The notes: generated from the sequence alone by a model not told the origin. Counted from the first letter of the stretch, positions 36,410 through 45,757 are shown. The stretch: 64,000 bases of DNA from Bacteroidia bacterium (GCA_019695265.1 JAIBAJ010000004.1:402-64401), one strand, 5' to 3'. Translations and numbers: made by a program.

Positions 36410-36607
36410 ATGGAAAAATGGAAAATGTATGTTAGACCTATGATTGGAGCTTTTTTTGGTGCTGTTTTAGGATATGCTTATTATTATTTTATAGGATGTT
36501 CATCGGGTAGTTGTTCCATTTCTTCTAATCCAATCAATAGCACCTTGTATTTTGCATTATTAGGTATGATTTTGTTATGGGAAATTCCCAAAAAAGCAAA
36601 TGAATAA
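36410..36607 (+). CDS. Small membrane protein with a GCSSGSCSI motif (DUF6132-like, tentative)
   Basis: 65 aa with two hydrophobic helices flanking CSSGSC. Lies 3 nt downstream of the MBL-rhodanese gene. Confidence 0.45.
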   Translation: MEKWKMYVRPMIGAFFGAVLGYAYYYFIGCSSGSCSISSNPINSTLYFALLGMILLWEIPKKANE

Positions 36608-36610
36608 GCG

Positions 36611-36648
36611 AAAGGGTCAATTTTAACTGAATTGGCCCTTTTTTTTGT
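36611..36648 (+). terminator. Rho-independent terminator
   Basis: Stem AGGGTCAATT/AATTGGCCCT (one G:U) followed by T8. Confidence 0.7.
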
Positions 36649-36866
36649 TTAAGTCTTGAGATACAAGCCAAGAATTGAGTTGGTTTTTCAATATTCTTTC
36701 CAACATGGTTAAGTGTTTCAAGGCAGTTTGAGTGATGGGAACAGGTTGTGGGAGATGCCTAATAACCGGGCAATAATTAAAGAGGTTTTTGGTTTAGGAA
36801 GAGGACAAAGAATGTAGGGCTGAAAAATTCTGATGATTATTTTGGAATAAAGTTGGAAAATCCTTT

Positions 36867-36874
36867 TAGGTTTG
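36867..36874 (+). promoter_or_regulatory. -7 box (TAGGTTTG) for the lipid gene cluster
   Basis: Exact TAnnTTTG, 19 nt upstream of the ATG at 36893. Confidence 0.45.
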
Positions 36875-36892
36875 CAGAGAGAAATCTTTGCT

Positions 36893-37396
36893 ATGTCGGA
36901 AATTATACCTTTTAATGCAAAAACCCAGAAATTGGTGGGTAATTTACTCAACAAGAGTAAGTTTAAATTATGGCTTTTTTTAAAATTACCATTGGGTTGG
37001 TTCGCCGGAATGCGAATAGAGTATATTGATGGTAAAACATGTAGAGCGACCATTCCGATGGGGTGGAGGTCACAGAATCCATTTCAATCTATTTATTTTG
37101 CTGCCGAAGCGATGACGGCTGAGTTGACAGCAGGAGCCTTGGGTATGGTTCATATTGAAAACAGTGGTGAAAAAGTTTCGTTGCTGGTAACCGGTTTAGA
37201 AGCTACATTTTCAAAGAAGGCAGTTTCTTTAACTACATTTACCTGTGAGGATGGAGATAAGATTCAGGCTGCTATTCAGGAAACGATACGAACCGGCGAA
37301 GGCACTACGGCTGAGTGTTTATCGATTGGTCGCATGGCAGATGGGACCGAAGTAGCCCGATTTAAAATTTACTGGAGTTTTAAAAAGAAACGATAG
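36893..37396 (+). CDS. DUF4442-like (hotdog/thioesterase-fold) protein
   Basis: WLFLKLPLGWFAGMRIEYIDGKTCRATIPMGWRSQNPFQSIYFAA resembles DUF4442 proteins. I chose the ATG at 36893 over the TTG at 36872. Confidence 0.5.
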   Translation: MSEIIPFNAKTQKLVGNLLNKSKFKLWLFLKLPLGWFAGMRIEYIDGKTCRATIPMGWRSQNPFQSIYFAAEAMTAELTAGALGMVHIENSGEKVSLLVTGLEATFSKKAVSLTTFTCEDGDKIQAAIQETIRTGEGTTAECLSIGRMADGTEVARFKIYWSFKKKR

Positions 37397-39102
37397 TGGT
37401 AAATAAACATAAACCTACTTCATCGGGTTGGTTGTTTGACCCTATTTTTCCGAATGCGGAAGATTGGCCAATTATGCAGTTGGCTAAGGATAGACCGAAT
37501 TTTCTGGAAGAGGTAGAAAACTATGTTTTTGAAAATGTCAAAGCCGGGTTTAAGTCCAGGCAGGACCTGAATGATGAACTCGCCAATGTATTATATCAAG
37601 AGAAAATTAGGTTAAAAACCAATCTTTGGAAGGCAGATCCAAAGGATGAAAAGCCCTTTTGGAAGGGAGTAGAGAAGAAGTTATTAGATATTCAAAGTCC
37701 GGTTAATCCGCAAGGAAGACAAAGTGAGGAGGAGATTTTAAGAGAAATTGTTCATCGGTATGTGCATGAGATTGCCGGAAATTTTGACTTGTTTACCTAC
37801 AATATCACTAAAACCTTGGTTACCCAATGGATGTCGAGGTTGTTGAATGCCGGAGATGGCAAGGGAATAAGTGGCTTGTGGAATATACGAAGGCATTTAC
37901 ACGACCGCATACATTTGCTGGGCGAAGTGGAGCTGATACGTAAATTGGCCAAAACGGATACCATCATTATGGTTCCCACGCATTTTAGTAATTTGGATTC
38001 ACCATTAATTGGATGGGCAATACAATCTTTGGGTTTACCTCCTTTTTTATATGGAGCCGGTTTGAATTTATTTGGAATCGGAATTTTTGGTTATTTTATG
38101 GAGAAATTGGGTGCTTACAAGGTTGATAGAAGGAAGAAGAATTCGATTTACCTGGAAGCATTAAAAGCCTATTCCACCCTAAGTATGCACAGGGGTTGCC
38201 ATTCTTTGTTTTTTCCGGGAGGAACTCGAAGTAGGAGTGGAGCCATTGAATCAAAACTGAAGTTGGGATTGTTAGGTACAGCATTGGAAGCTCAACGACT
38301 CAATTTTGAAAAGGCCGAAAGTCCGGAAAAGGCCAAGCGGATATTTGTGGTACCAGTTGTGATTAATTACAACTTCGTATTGGAGGCGCCGGGTTTGATT
38401 GAAGAGCATTTAAAACGGTCGGGGCAACAGCGTTACTTCAGGGAAAATGATCATTATTCCACTTCCTACCAACTGGCCTGGTTTATTTTCAAATTGTTTT
38501 TTGCCTCTTCTGAAATGGCCTTGACCTTTGGCCGTCCAACGGATTTGTTCGGAAATGAAATTGATGACGAAGGAAATAGTTTGGATCAACATGGAAGGCG
38601 GATTGATATTGAAAAGTACTTTTTTTCCAATCAAACCAATACCCAAGACTTGCAGCGTGATGCCGAATACACCAAGTTGCTGGGTAAGGATATCGTTAAG
38701 AAATATAAGAAATACAACTACATCTATCCGAGTCATTTAGTTGCTTATGTGGCATTTGAAATGATGAGGAAGAAGTACAAAAAACTAGATTTATATTCCT
38801 TTTTGAGGTTGGAGGAAGAGAACGAAAGTTTACCCGGGAAGGAGTTTCAGGAAACAGTTGAATTGTTTATTGGGGTATTAAAGCAAATGCGAGACAATGG
38901 TAAATGCATGTTGGATGTGCGCTTTGATGCTTTGCCGATTGAACGGATAATTGAATTAGGTATCAGGCATTTGGGTTTGTATAATACCAAGCGGCCTTTG
39001 AAAATTAAGGAGAATGGAGAAATAGTAACAGAGGATTTTACCTTATTGTATTTTTACCATAACCGAATGGAAGGTTATGGATTAAGTAAGTTAATCCAAT
39101 AA
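37396..39102 (+). CDS. Glycerol-3-phosphate / lysophospholipid acyltransferase (PlsB/GPAT-like)
   Basis: Acyltransferase HX4D motif in VPTHFSNLDSPLIGW, and block FFPGGTRSRSG. 568 aa. The GTG start overlaps the upstream stop. Confidence 0.65.
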   Translation: MVNKHKPTSSGWLFDPIFPNAEDWPIMQLAKDRPNFLEEVENYVFENVKAGFKSRQDLNDELANVLYQEKIRLKTNLWKADPKDEKPFWKGVEKKLLDIQSPVNPQGRQSEEEILREIVHRYVHEIAGNFDLFTYNITKTLVTQWMSRLLNAGDGKGISGLWNIRRHLHDRIHLLGEVELIRKLAKTDTIIMVPTHFSNLDSPLIGWAIQSLGLPPFLYGAGLNLFGIGIFGYFMEKLGAYKVDRRKKNSIYLEALKAYSTLSMHRGCHSLFFPGGTRSRSGAIESKLKLGLLGTALEAQRLNFEKAESPEKAKRIFVVPVVINYNFVLEAPGLIEEHLKRSGQQRYFRENDHYSTSYQLAWFIFKLFFASSEMALTFGRPTDLFGNEIDDEGNSLDQHGRRIDIEKYFFSNQTNTQDLQRDAEYTKLLGKDIVKKYKKYNYIYPSHLVAYVAFEMMRKKYKKLDLYSFLRLEEENESLPGKEFQETVELFIGVLKQMRDNGKCMLDVRFDALPIERIIELGIRHLGLYNTKRPLKIKENGEIVTEDFTLLYFYHNRMEGYGLSKLIQ

Positions 39103-39111
39103 ATTATTGTT

Positions 39112-40164
39112 GTGGGAAAATCGTATCAAAATACAACTGTAGGGGTTATAGGAGCCGGAAGTTTTGGTTCGGCAATTGCTAATTTACTTGCCGAGAACTG
39201 TGATGTAATAGTTTATTCGAGGAGAGAAGCTGTTGTAAATCAGATTAATTTGGAGGGAAGGAATGGAGCAATTTCGATGCATTCCAGGGTAAAGGCTACT
39301 AATTCGATGGAGGAAATTGCTTCGAAGTGTTTGCTTTTGTACCCGGTAATTCCTTCGGCAGACTTTAGAATGGTCATTCGAAGTTTTGCTCCTTACTTGC
39401 GTCCTGATCACATTATGATTCATGGAACCAAGGGCCTGGATATATATTCTTTAAAGGGAGAGGAGTTGACAGCTAAAACAGCCATTCCTAAGGAGAAGGT
39501 GAATACGATGAGCGAAATTATTCTTCAGGAAACGGTGGTAAAAAGGGTGGGTTGTTTAGCAGGTCCGAACTTATCGGCTGAATTGAATTTGATGCAGCCT
39601 GCTGCCACCGTTGTTGCAAGTCATTACGATGAGGTAATTCGAGCGGCACAGGAAACTTTGAGGAGTAAACGGTTTATGGTTTATCATTCTAAAGATATAA
39701 CCGGAGTAGAACTGGCAGGTGTGCTAAAGAACATCATTGCTATGGCTTCCGGAGCATTAAATGGATTAGGCTACGGAGAAAATACCAGAGCCTTGTTGAT
39801 TAGCAGAGGAATGGTAGAAATGATTCACATAGGACAGGCTTTGGGGGCTGATGCCAGAGCTTTTTTCGGATTAGCCGGGGTAGGAGATTTGATAGCAACC
39901 TGCAGCACCAAGCAAAGCCGAAATTACACGGTTGGATTTCGATTGAGTCAAGGAGAAACCATTGAGCAAATTATGGCTTCTATGGATGAGGTGGCCGAAG
40001 GTATAAATACACTAAAAATTACCAAGGGGCTAATTAATATGTATAAAATGCGTGCCCCGATTACAGAAACCATTTTTAAAATTATGAGTGGAGAAACTAC
40101 CATGCAAAAGGCAATTGAATACCTGATGCTTTATCCATTTAGTGTAGATGTGGATTATATATAA
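39112..40164 (+). CDS. gpsA: NAD(P)H-dependent glycerol-3-phosphate dehydrogenase
   Basis: GVIGAGSFGSAIANLLA Rossmann motif, plus GVLKNIIAMASG and GDLIATCS blocks. GTG start. Confidence 0.85.
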   Translation: MGKSYQNTTVGVIGAGSFGSAIANLLAENCDVIVYSRREAVVNQINLEGRNGAISMHSRVKATNSMEEIASKCLLLYPVIPSADFRMVIRSFAPYLRPDHIMIHGTKGLDIYSLKGEELTAKTAIPKEKVNTMSEIILQETVVKRVGCLAGPNLSAELNLMQPAATVVASHYDEVIRAAQETLRSKRFMVYHSKDITGVELAGVLKNIIAMASGALNGLGYGENTRALLISRGMVEMIHIGQALGADARAFFGLAGVGDLIATCSTKQSRNYTVGFRLSQGETIEQIMASMDEVAEGINTLKITKGLINMYKMRAPITETIFKIMSGETTMQKAIEYLMLYPFSVDVDYI

Positions 40165-40176
40165 ATTTTGAAATTG

Positions 40177-40719
40177 TTAATGTATTAATGGCCAACGCCC
40201 GGCACTAAAAAAGTATTTGCTCCAATAAGGGTCATCAAGAGAGCTAACCATTACTCCCTGACTGGAGGAGGTATGAATAAACATTCTGTTTTGTAGAAAA
40301 ACACCAACATGCGTAATAACAGAGGATTTTACTTTAAAGAACACCAAATCCCCTTCTTCCAATTCGGAAGGAGTAACCCGATTGGTTTTTGGATAAATAT
40401 CTCTTGATCCACCTTGAAGTTTAACACCATAAGCTTTTTCATATAATTGTTTGGCAAAGCCTGAGCAATCAATTCCAAATTTAGAGGCCCCACCCATTTT
40501 GTGAGGAGTGGTAAGCCATTTAAAACTTTCCTGGTACAATTCAGGAGTTTTTATTTTGGTTAAATCGATACCATAAGAAGAAAAGTAGGAAGCAATGTAG
40601 GTAGTGTCTTGCTCGATAATAGAATTGATTTCGGAATATAGGCCTGAGTAGTCGGTAACGGTTTGGCCCAAGCTTACGAATGGTAAAAATACTGCTGTGA
40701 AAAGAAACGGTTTAAACAC
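40177..40719 (-). CDS. C40 (NlpC/P60) family peptidase
   Basis: GIDCSGFAKQLY (catalytic Cys) and ITHVGVFL (His). Signal peptide present. GTG start. Confidence 0.8.
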   Translation of the reverse strand: MFKPFLFTAVFLPFVSLGQTVTDYSGLYSEINSIIEQDTTYIASYFSSYGIDLTKIKTPELYQESFKWLTTPHKMGGASKFGIDCSGFAKQLYEKAYGVKLQGGSRDIYPKTNRVTPSELEEGDLVFFKVKSSVITHVGVFLQNRMFIHTSSSQGVMVSSLDDPYWSKYFFSAGRWPLIH

Positions 40720-40846
40720 GGCACTAAAATAAAGTAGCGAGTAGTAAGTCCGAAATTCTTAACTATTTTTTTGTCTAAAAAAGAGCTGTTGGATAAGGTT
40801 AGCTCAACCATATTTACAAAGATTAGTAGGTGTTAAAATTTTGTCC

Positions 40847-40854
40847 TATCTTTG
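40847..40854 (+). promoter_or_regulatory. -7 box (TATCTTTG) for the DUF4783-nadC pair
   Basis: Exact TAnnTTTG, 31 nt upstream of the ATG at 40885. Confidence 0.45.
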
Positions 40855-40884
40855 TCTGGCTTGATATTTGAAAGCTTCTTTGGT

Positions 40885-41265
40885 ATGAAGACCATAATAA
40901 TTTCTTTTTTATTTTTCCTTCCGTGGTTTGGACCCGGATTTGAGGTACATGATGAGATTGGAGCTGCCATAAAATCGGGCAGTGCAGAAAATGTGACCAA
41001 GTATTTTGCACCGATGGTTGATTTGACTATCATCGATAAGGAAGGGAATTATTCCAAACAGCAAGCAGGACAAATTTTAAAAGATTTTTTTGCCAAGCAT
41101 CCGGTTAAAGATTTTAGGATATTGCATAGAGGGGAGGCTAAAGACGGATCTAAGTATGCTATTGGTACTTTAACGTCTAATGATGGAAGTTACCGGGTTT
41201 ATTTTTTGATTAAGAAAAGCGGAGATAAAATGCTAATGCAGCAATTACGCTTCGAAAACGAATAA
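40885..41265 (+). CDS. DUF4783-like secreted protein
   Basis: Signal peptide MKTIIISFLFFLPWFG. The position immediately upstream of nadC is typical of this family in Bacteroidota. Assignment is from memory. Confidence 0.45.
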   Translation: MKTIIISFLFFLPWFGPGFEVHDEIGAAIKSGSAENVTKYFAPMVDLTIIDKEGNYSKQQAGQILKDFFAKHPVKDFRILHRGEAKDGSKYAIGTLTSNDGSYRVYFLIKKSGDKMLMQQLRFENE

Positions 41266-41273
41266 AATACCAG

Positions 41274-42128
41274 ATGGTTTTGGAAGGGAAGGAACTGGCT
41301 GAAAAGTTAATTCAACTGGCCATTTTAGAAGACATTGGTGATGGAGATCATACCTCACTTGCTTGTGTTCCCGAGAATACTAGAGGTGAAGCCAGGCTGT
41401 TGGTAAAGCAAGATGGTATTTTGGCAGGAGTAGCTGTTGCTGAGCAGATTTGTAAATTGGTATCGCCTGATTTGTCCTTGGAAATTTACTTAAAGGATGG
41501 ACAAATCATTCATTCGGGCGAAATTGTTTTTAGGGTTCAAGGGCCGGAGGTGAAAATTCTTCAGGCAGAGCGATTGATTTTGAATTTTATGCAACGAATG
41601 AGTGGAATTGCGACTCAAACCAATCGACTTGTGAGAATGGTAGCACATACAAGGGTTACCTTATTGGATACCCGAAAAACAACTCCGGGATTTCGTTGGT
41701 TTGAAAAGGAAGCAGTTAAAATTGGTGGAGGCCGGAATCATAGGTTTGGGCTGTACGATATGGTTATGATTAAGGATAACCATGTTGATTATGCCGGAGG
41801 AATTAAACCGGCATTGGAAAAAGTATTTTCCTATTTAAGTAGAACAAACCGGATGCTTCCAATCGAAATAGAAGTTCGTAATTTCGGGGAATTGGAAGAG
41901 GTTTTATCTATTGGAAAAGTTCAAAGAATCATGTTGGATAATTTCTCCATTACAGACTTAACTCAAGCAGTTAAACTTATCGGAAATCGCTTTGAAAGCG
42001 AGGCTTCCGGTGGAATTAATGAAGGAAATTTGGTTCAATATGCTGAAACAGATGTTCAATTCATTTCCATCGGAGCTCTCACACATCAGGTAAAATCATT
42101 GGATCTATCTCTTAAGGCAGTAATTTAA
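41274..42128 (+). CDS. nadC: Nicotinate-nucleotide pyrophosphorylase (carboxylating)
   Basis: DTRKTTPGFRWFEKEAVKIGGGRNHRFGLYDMVMIKDNH is the conserved QPRTase core. Confidence 0.9.
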   Translation: MVLEGKELAEKLIQLAILEDIGDGDHTSLACVPENTRGEARLLVKQDGILAGVAVAEQICKLVSPDLSLEIYLKDGQIIHSGEIVFRVQGPEVKILQAERLILNFMQRMSGIATQTNRLVRMVAHTRVTLLDTRKTTPGFRWFEKEAVKIGGGRNHRFGLYDMVMIKDNHVDYAGGIKPALEKVFSYLSRTNRMLPIEIEVRNFGELEEVLSIGKVQRIMLDNFSITDLTQAVKLIGNRFESEASGGINEGNLVQYAETDVQFISIGALTHQVKSLDLSLKAVI

Positions 42129-42152
42129 TTGTGTTTCAAAAGGCAATTCCAT

Positions 42153-42160
42153 TAAATTTG
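42153..42160 (+). promoter_or_regulatory. -7 box (TAAATTTG)
   Basis: Exact TAnnTTTG, 14 nt upstream of the ATG at 42174. Confidence 0.45.
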
Positions 42161-42173
42161 ACCGCAATTTATC

Positions 42174-42566
42174 ATGAAGAATACCAAACTTGCACTTTCC
42201 TTAGGTTCCTTATTAACCTTAGTTCTCCTTGTTAGTCAATCGTGTTACTACGATCATTACGAAGATTTACATCCCAAGGATACCACCCAAAATACCACAT
42301 GCGATACCAGTAATGTTACGTATTCAGGTCAACTGAAAGCCATTGTTGATGCTAATTGCGCCAATGAATGTCACAATTCTGATTATGGTCAATTCCCATT
42401 GTTAACAACCTATGATGAGGTAAAGAATGGGGTAGATTTAAGTGGAGTTGTTGATCGAATAGAACGTCAAAACGGAGACCCGTTGTTAATGCCTCAGGCC
42501 GGTCGTTTAAGTGATTGCAATATTTCTCTTTTCAAAGTTTGGAAATCCCAAGGCTATAAACAATAA
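42174..42566 (+). CDS. Small lipoprotein with a cytochrome-c-like domain carrying a non-canonical CX3CH motif
   Basis: Lipobox-like LLVSQSC. The pattern IVDANCANECH...LLTTYDEV...LLMPQAGRLSDCNISLFKVWKSQGY resembles Planctomycete-type cytochrome c domains (C..CH...MP...L...W...G). Confidence 0.45.
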   Translation: MKNTKLALSLGSLLTLVLLVSQSCYYDHYEDLHPKDTTQNTTCDTSNVTYSGQLKAIVDANCANECHNSDYGQFPLLTTYDEVKNGVDLSGVVDRIERQNGDPLLMPQAGRLSDCNISLFKVWKSQGYKQ

Positions 42567-42572
42567 ATCAGT

Positions 42573-43472
42573 ATGATTAAACGAATTAGCCTTTTAGCCT
42601 TCTTGTTTTTATCAGTAAATCTCTTTGCTCAGGACGATGATTTATTGAAAGAATTGGAGGCAACCGATGCCAAACCTGTCAAGGAGTTTTCTTTGGCTAC
42701 CTTTAAAACTACCCGGATTATCAACACCCATAGCATAGAATCCTTGGGTAAACGAGCTTGGGATTTAAGGTTGTCGCATCGTTTTGGTGATTTTAAAGGT
42801 GGTTTTAATCAGTTTTTTGGCCTAGATGGAAATGCTCCAATGAAAATTGCTGCCGAGTTTAGTATTGATGGTCGATTAACTTTTGGAGTTGGCAGAACTT
42901 TTTTCAATTCAAGTTATGGGAAGTTGTGGGAAGGATTTGCTAAGTATCGGATACTTCGTCAAACTACGGATAATAAAATGCCCTTATCCATGACTATTAT
43001 CGCCGGCATTGGAATTACCCAGCGCAAACCAAGCACAACTTTGCCTTATGAGTTTGAATATTTTACCAGCAGGATGAGTTATTTTTATCAATTGGCTATC
43101 GGAAGAAAGTTCTCCAAAGCGCTTTCATTTCAGGTATCTCCTATGTTGGTTCATAAAAACCTGGTAGAGAAATCAACCGATAAGAACGATATCTGGGCTT
43201 TGTCCTTAGGTGGACGTTGGAAGTTTTCTCGCAGTGTTGCCCTTACTGCAGAATACACCTTTCGCTTAAATAAATATACCAGCAACTTTAGTGATTATCA
43301 CAATTCTGCGGGTATTGGTGTAGATATTGAAACCGGTGGGCACGTATTTCAGGTGTTTATTATCAACTCGCATCCAATTAGTGAGCTTCAGTTTATTTCA
43401 GATACCCGTAGCAGTTGGACTAAAGGGGATATTAGACTCGGATTCAATATGAGCAGAGTGTTTGCTCTATAA
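42573..43472 (+). CDS. Outer-membrane beta-barrel protein (DUF5777-like, tentative)
   Basis: Signal peptide present. Alternating beta-strand pattern. The C-terminus RLGFNMSRVFAL ends in an aromatic-x-hydrophobic motif. Lies 6 nt downstream of the previous gene. Confidence 0.45.
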   Translation: MIKRISLLAFLFLSVNLFAQDDDLLKELEATDAKPVKEFSLATFKTTRIINTHSIESLGKRAWDLRLSHRFGDFKGGFNQFFGLDGNAPMKIAAEFSIDGRLTFGVGRTFFNSSYGKLWEGFAKYRILRQTTDNKMPLSMTIIAGIGITQRKPSTTLPYEFEYFTSRMSYFYQLAIGRKFSKALSFQVSPMLVHKNLVEKSTDKNDIWALSLGGRWKFSRSVALTAEYTFRLNKYTSNFSDYHNSAGIGVDIETGGHVFQVFIINSHPISELQFISDTRSSWTKGDIRLGFNMSRVFAL

Positions 43473-43474
43473 AA

Positions 43475-44044
43475 TTATTTGGAGCTAAAGCTTCGGTTTC
43501 TATCAACCGCAACCATAGTCTCAACTTCAATCTCTAATTTTAGAGCCCATAACTCCAATACTTCCGGTTCTTTGCCAAATTCCGACATTTGTTCTGCCTG
43601 TTCTTGCATTTGATGGCATTCCTTATTCATATCTAATACAATTGCTTCCACTTCTGCTTTTTTCATGTTGCATAAGCCATCCATATTGGATACTTTTTTT
43701 TGCAATTTGATGGCATGGAAATGGGCAATGTCAAATTTTAATTGTTCCAGGGCAACCAAGTTAGGATCTTCCTTATCTTTAATCCAGGATTGGGTGCAAT
43801 CAAAATAGGCTGAAATACTAGGTTTGAAAAATCCGTTTTTACAAGAGTATTTCATCTCAACCCCGCAAGCTGAATGGCTTTGGGAAAAAGAGCTTGGATC
43901 CGGAATTGCCTGGAAATAGGCAGAGTTGAGGCGAGAACTTTCTGACCAAGGTACTTTTGGAGCAGCCGGTGGCGTGTCCGAATTGCCTGAGAAACTAATC
44001 CAGGCAATGAAGATTGGAAGTAAAGAATAGGATAGTGTAGTCAT
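43475..44044 (-). CDS. DUF922-like protein lacking the HExxH motif (degenerate paralog)
   Basis: Aligns with its neighbour (F..I...S...A.T..G......C........Y....YFD...SW), but the metal site reads ALEQLKFDIAHFHA. I chose the ATG at 44044 (MTTLSYSLLPIFIAW). Confidence 0.5.
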   Translation of the reverse strand: MTTLSYSLLPIFIAWISFSGNSDTPPAAPKVPWSESSRLNSAYFQAIPDPSSFSQSHSACGVEMKYSCKNGFFKPSISAYFDCTQSWIKDKEDPNLVALEQLKFDIAHFHAIKLQKKVSNMDGLCNMKKAEVEAIVLDMNKECHQMQEQAEQMSEFGKEPEVLELWALKLEIEVETMVAVDRNRSFSSK

Positions 44045-44098
44045 ATTGGCTGGTTTTATACCAATATGATTGCAATAGGGTTGCAAAAAAAAAAATAC

Positions 44099-44659
44099 CT
44101 AGTTTTTGTACCTTTTCAAAACAATTAATTCTTGTTCTACCCAATCAGCCCAATATTTTTGTCTTAGGGTGTCCAAACTATGATTGGTTTCTAGATCGTA
44201 CTTTTTTTGTTTTAGCTTATGGTCGCTCACTACATCATTGAATATTTTTTGTAGCTCAGTTTTAGGAAGAAGGCAAGGGTGTTTTAGGTTTAGCAACTTT
44301 TTTCTAAGTTTTCTGGCATACAATTCTGAAATGTCAAAGTGCAATTGTTCATGATTAAGTATGCTGGGTTTGGCATCTTTTCTTTTCCAGCTTAGGTCCT
44401 GATCAAAATAAGCATACACATTATAGCTCATTTTATCACCTTCACATGTATAACTAAAATGAATTCCACTGTTTGTTTCTGCTGCTAACCTTGATTTTTC
44501 GGGTATTTTTCCTTTAAAATTTTCCCAGCTAATTGGCTGGTTTTCTTTCCATTTGATACGACTACCGGGCGAAGCATAAAGGTTGGACCATTCAATAGGA
44601 TGGTATGACCAAACCAAACAAAGGGATAAAAAGAGTTTTTGTTTTGTGGAGAATGCCAT
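44099..44659 (-). CDS. DUF922-like predicted Zn-dependent peptidase
   Basis: NHEQLHFDISELYARKLRKKL contains an intact HExxH. Signal peptide present. Confidence 0.55.
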   Translation of the reverse strand: MAFSTKQKLFLSLCLVWSYHPIEWSNLYASPGSRIKWKENQPISWENFKGKIPEKSRLAAETNSGIHFSYTCEGDKMSYNVYAYFDQDLSWKRKDAKPSILNHEQLHFDISELYARKLRKKLLNLKHPCLLPKTELQKIFNDVVSDHKLKQKKYDLETNHSLDTLRQKYWADWVEQELIVLKRYKN

Positions 44660-44677
44660 CCGGTAATAATTCTAGAA

Positions 44678-44685
44678 CAAAACTA
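44678..44685 (-). promoter_or_regulatory. -7 box (TAGTTTTG) for the DUF922 pair
   Basis: Exact TAnnTTTG on the minus strand, 19 nt upstream of the ATG at 44659. Confidence 0.45.
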
Positions 44686-44734
44686 ATGCAATGGGTCGAA
44701 TTTTCTAATAATTTCGTGCTTTAAAGTTGTGGAT

Positions 44735-45217
44735 ATGGTAAATGAAGAAACCCAGGAAAAAGTAAAATCTATTTTCCTTGAGTATTTGGAAAGAAACCAA
44801 CATCGAAGAACCCCTGAACGTTTCGCTATTCTCAGAGAAATATACAATTACGAAGGGCATTTCGATATTGAGGCACTATATGGCCACATGAAAATAAAAA
44901 AGTACCGGGTAAGTAGGGCTACTTTATATAACACCATCGAGCTGTTGCAGAATTGCAATTTGGTTACCAGACATCAATTTGGTAAGAATTTGGCCCAGTT
45001 TGAAAAATCATTTAAGTTTAAGCAACACGACCACCTAATTTGCACCGATTGCGGTAAGGTATTTGAATTCTGTGATCCAAGAATTCAGCAAATTCAAGAA
45101 ATGGCAGGTAAACTTCTTAATTTTTCAATTCGCAACCATGCCCTTAATTTATACGGTAATTGCAACCAACTTGCCCTTTCCGGAACTTGCCCAAATAAAG
45201 AAAAGGAACACGAATAA
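44735..45217 (+). CDS. Fur-family transcriptional regulator
   Basis: Winged-helix N-domain ([13 protein letters not shown]...[13 protein letters not shown]) and C-terminal [15 protein letters not shown] metal-site motifs. The GTG at 44729 is an alternative start. Confidence 0.8.
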   Translation: MVNEETQEKVKSIFLEYLERNQHRRTPERFAILREIYNYEGHFDIEALYGHMKIKKYRVSRATLYNTIELLQNCNLVTRHQFGKNLAQFEKSFKFKQHDHLICTDCGKVFEFCDPRIQQIQEMAGKLLNFSIRNHALNLYGNCNQLALSGTCPNKEKEHE

Positions 45218-45567
45218 TGGCTATTTTTACTTACGATATTGAACAGGTTGGACCTGTTTGGGTTGTTCACCTTTCCGGACGTTTAACAGATCCATTTATG
45301 TCTAAGAAGTTGATCCTAGAACTTCAGGATAATTACCAATCCATTGAGCCCTTTTATGTTATAATTGACCTTAAAAGCCTTGATTACTTAAATTCTTCCG
45401 GTTTGCAAGCCATGCTTCAAATTCTGAAGATGACTCGTGTTCAATCTGGCGAAACCTGGGTGTGCAATGTTCCGGATCGCATTCATAAATTGTTGGTTAC
45501 CACGAAATTAGAGCATATTTTCAAGGTTGTATCCAATTACCAGGAAGCCATTGACAAGTTGGCTTAA
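45217..45567 (+). CDS. STAS-domain protein (anti-sigma-factor antagonist-like)
   Basis: 116 aa. IIDLKSLDYLNSSGLQAMLQIL is the SpoIIAA-type phospho-Ser region. Its start overlaps the Fur stop (TAATG). Confidence 0.7.
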   Translation: MAIFTYDIEQVGPVWVVHLSGRLTDPFMSKKLILELQDNYQSIEPFYVIIDLKSLDYLNSSGLQAMLQILKMTRVQSGETWVCNVPDRIHKLLVTTKLEHIFKVVSNYQEAIDKLA

Positions 45568-45621
45568 TTCCTAAAGAATTTGCATATTTAGGTAGTACTA
45601 AATGCAGTTTTTGATGATGAT

Positions 45622-45757
45622 GCGGGTGCCTTCGCATTCACCTATTGCCTCTTTCTAAAATGTAGTAAGGCTCAGGCCCGGGCTATCGCTGTTACTCCTC
45701 GGTCCACTACGCTAAGGCTGCGTGGCCCTGTGGGGTAACTTGCTCTATCCCTACCCG
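45622..45757 (+). repeat. GC-rich structured intergenic element, copy I-3 (type I), left member of a head-to-head pair
   Basis: GCGGGTGCCTT...AAGGCTCAGGCCCGGGCTATCGCTGTTACTCCTCGGTCC...CGCTAAGGCTGCG...CCCTGTGGGGTAACTTGCTCTATCCCTACCCG. Lies 3' of the STAS gene on the same strand. Confidence 0.9.

Noticed and set aside
36718-37053. The 111-aa minus-strand ORF upstream of and overlapping the DUF4442-like gene
   Set aside because: It overlaps the promoter box and the 5' part of a better-supported plus-strand gene, and it resembles nothing known.
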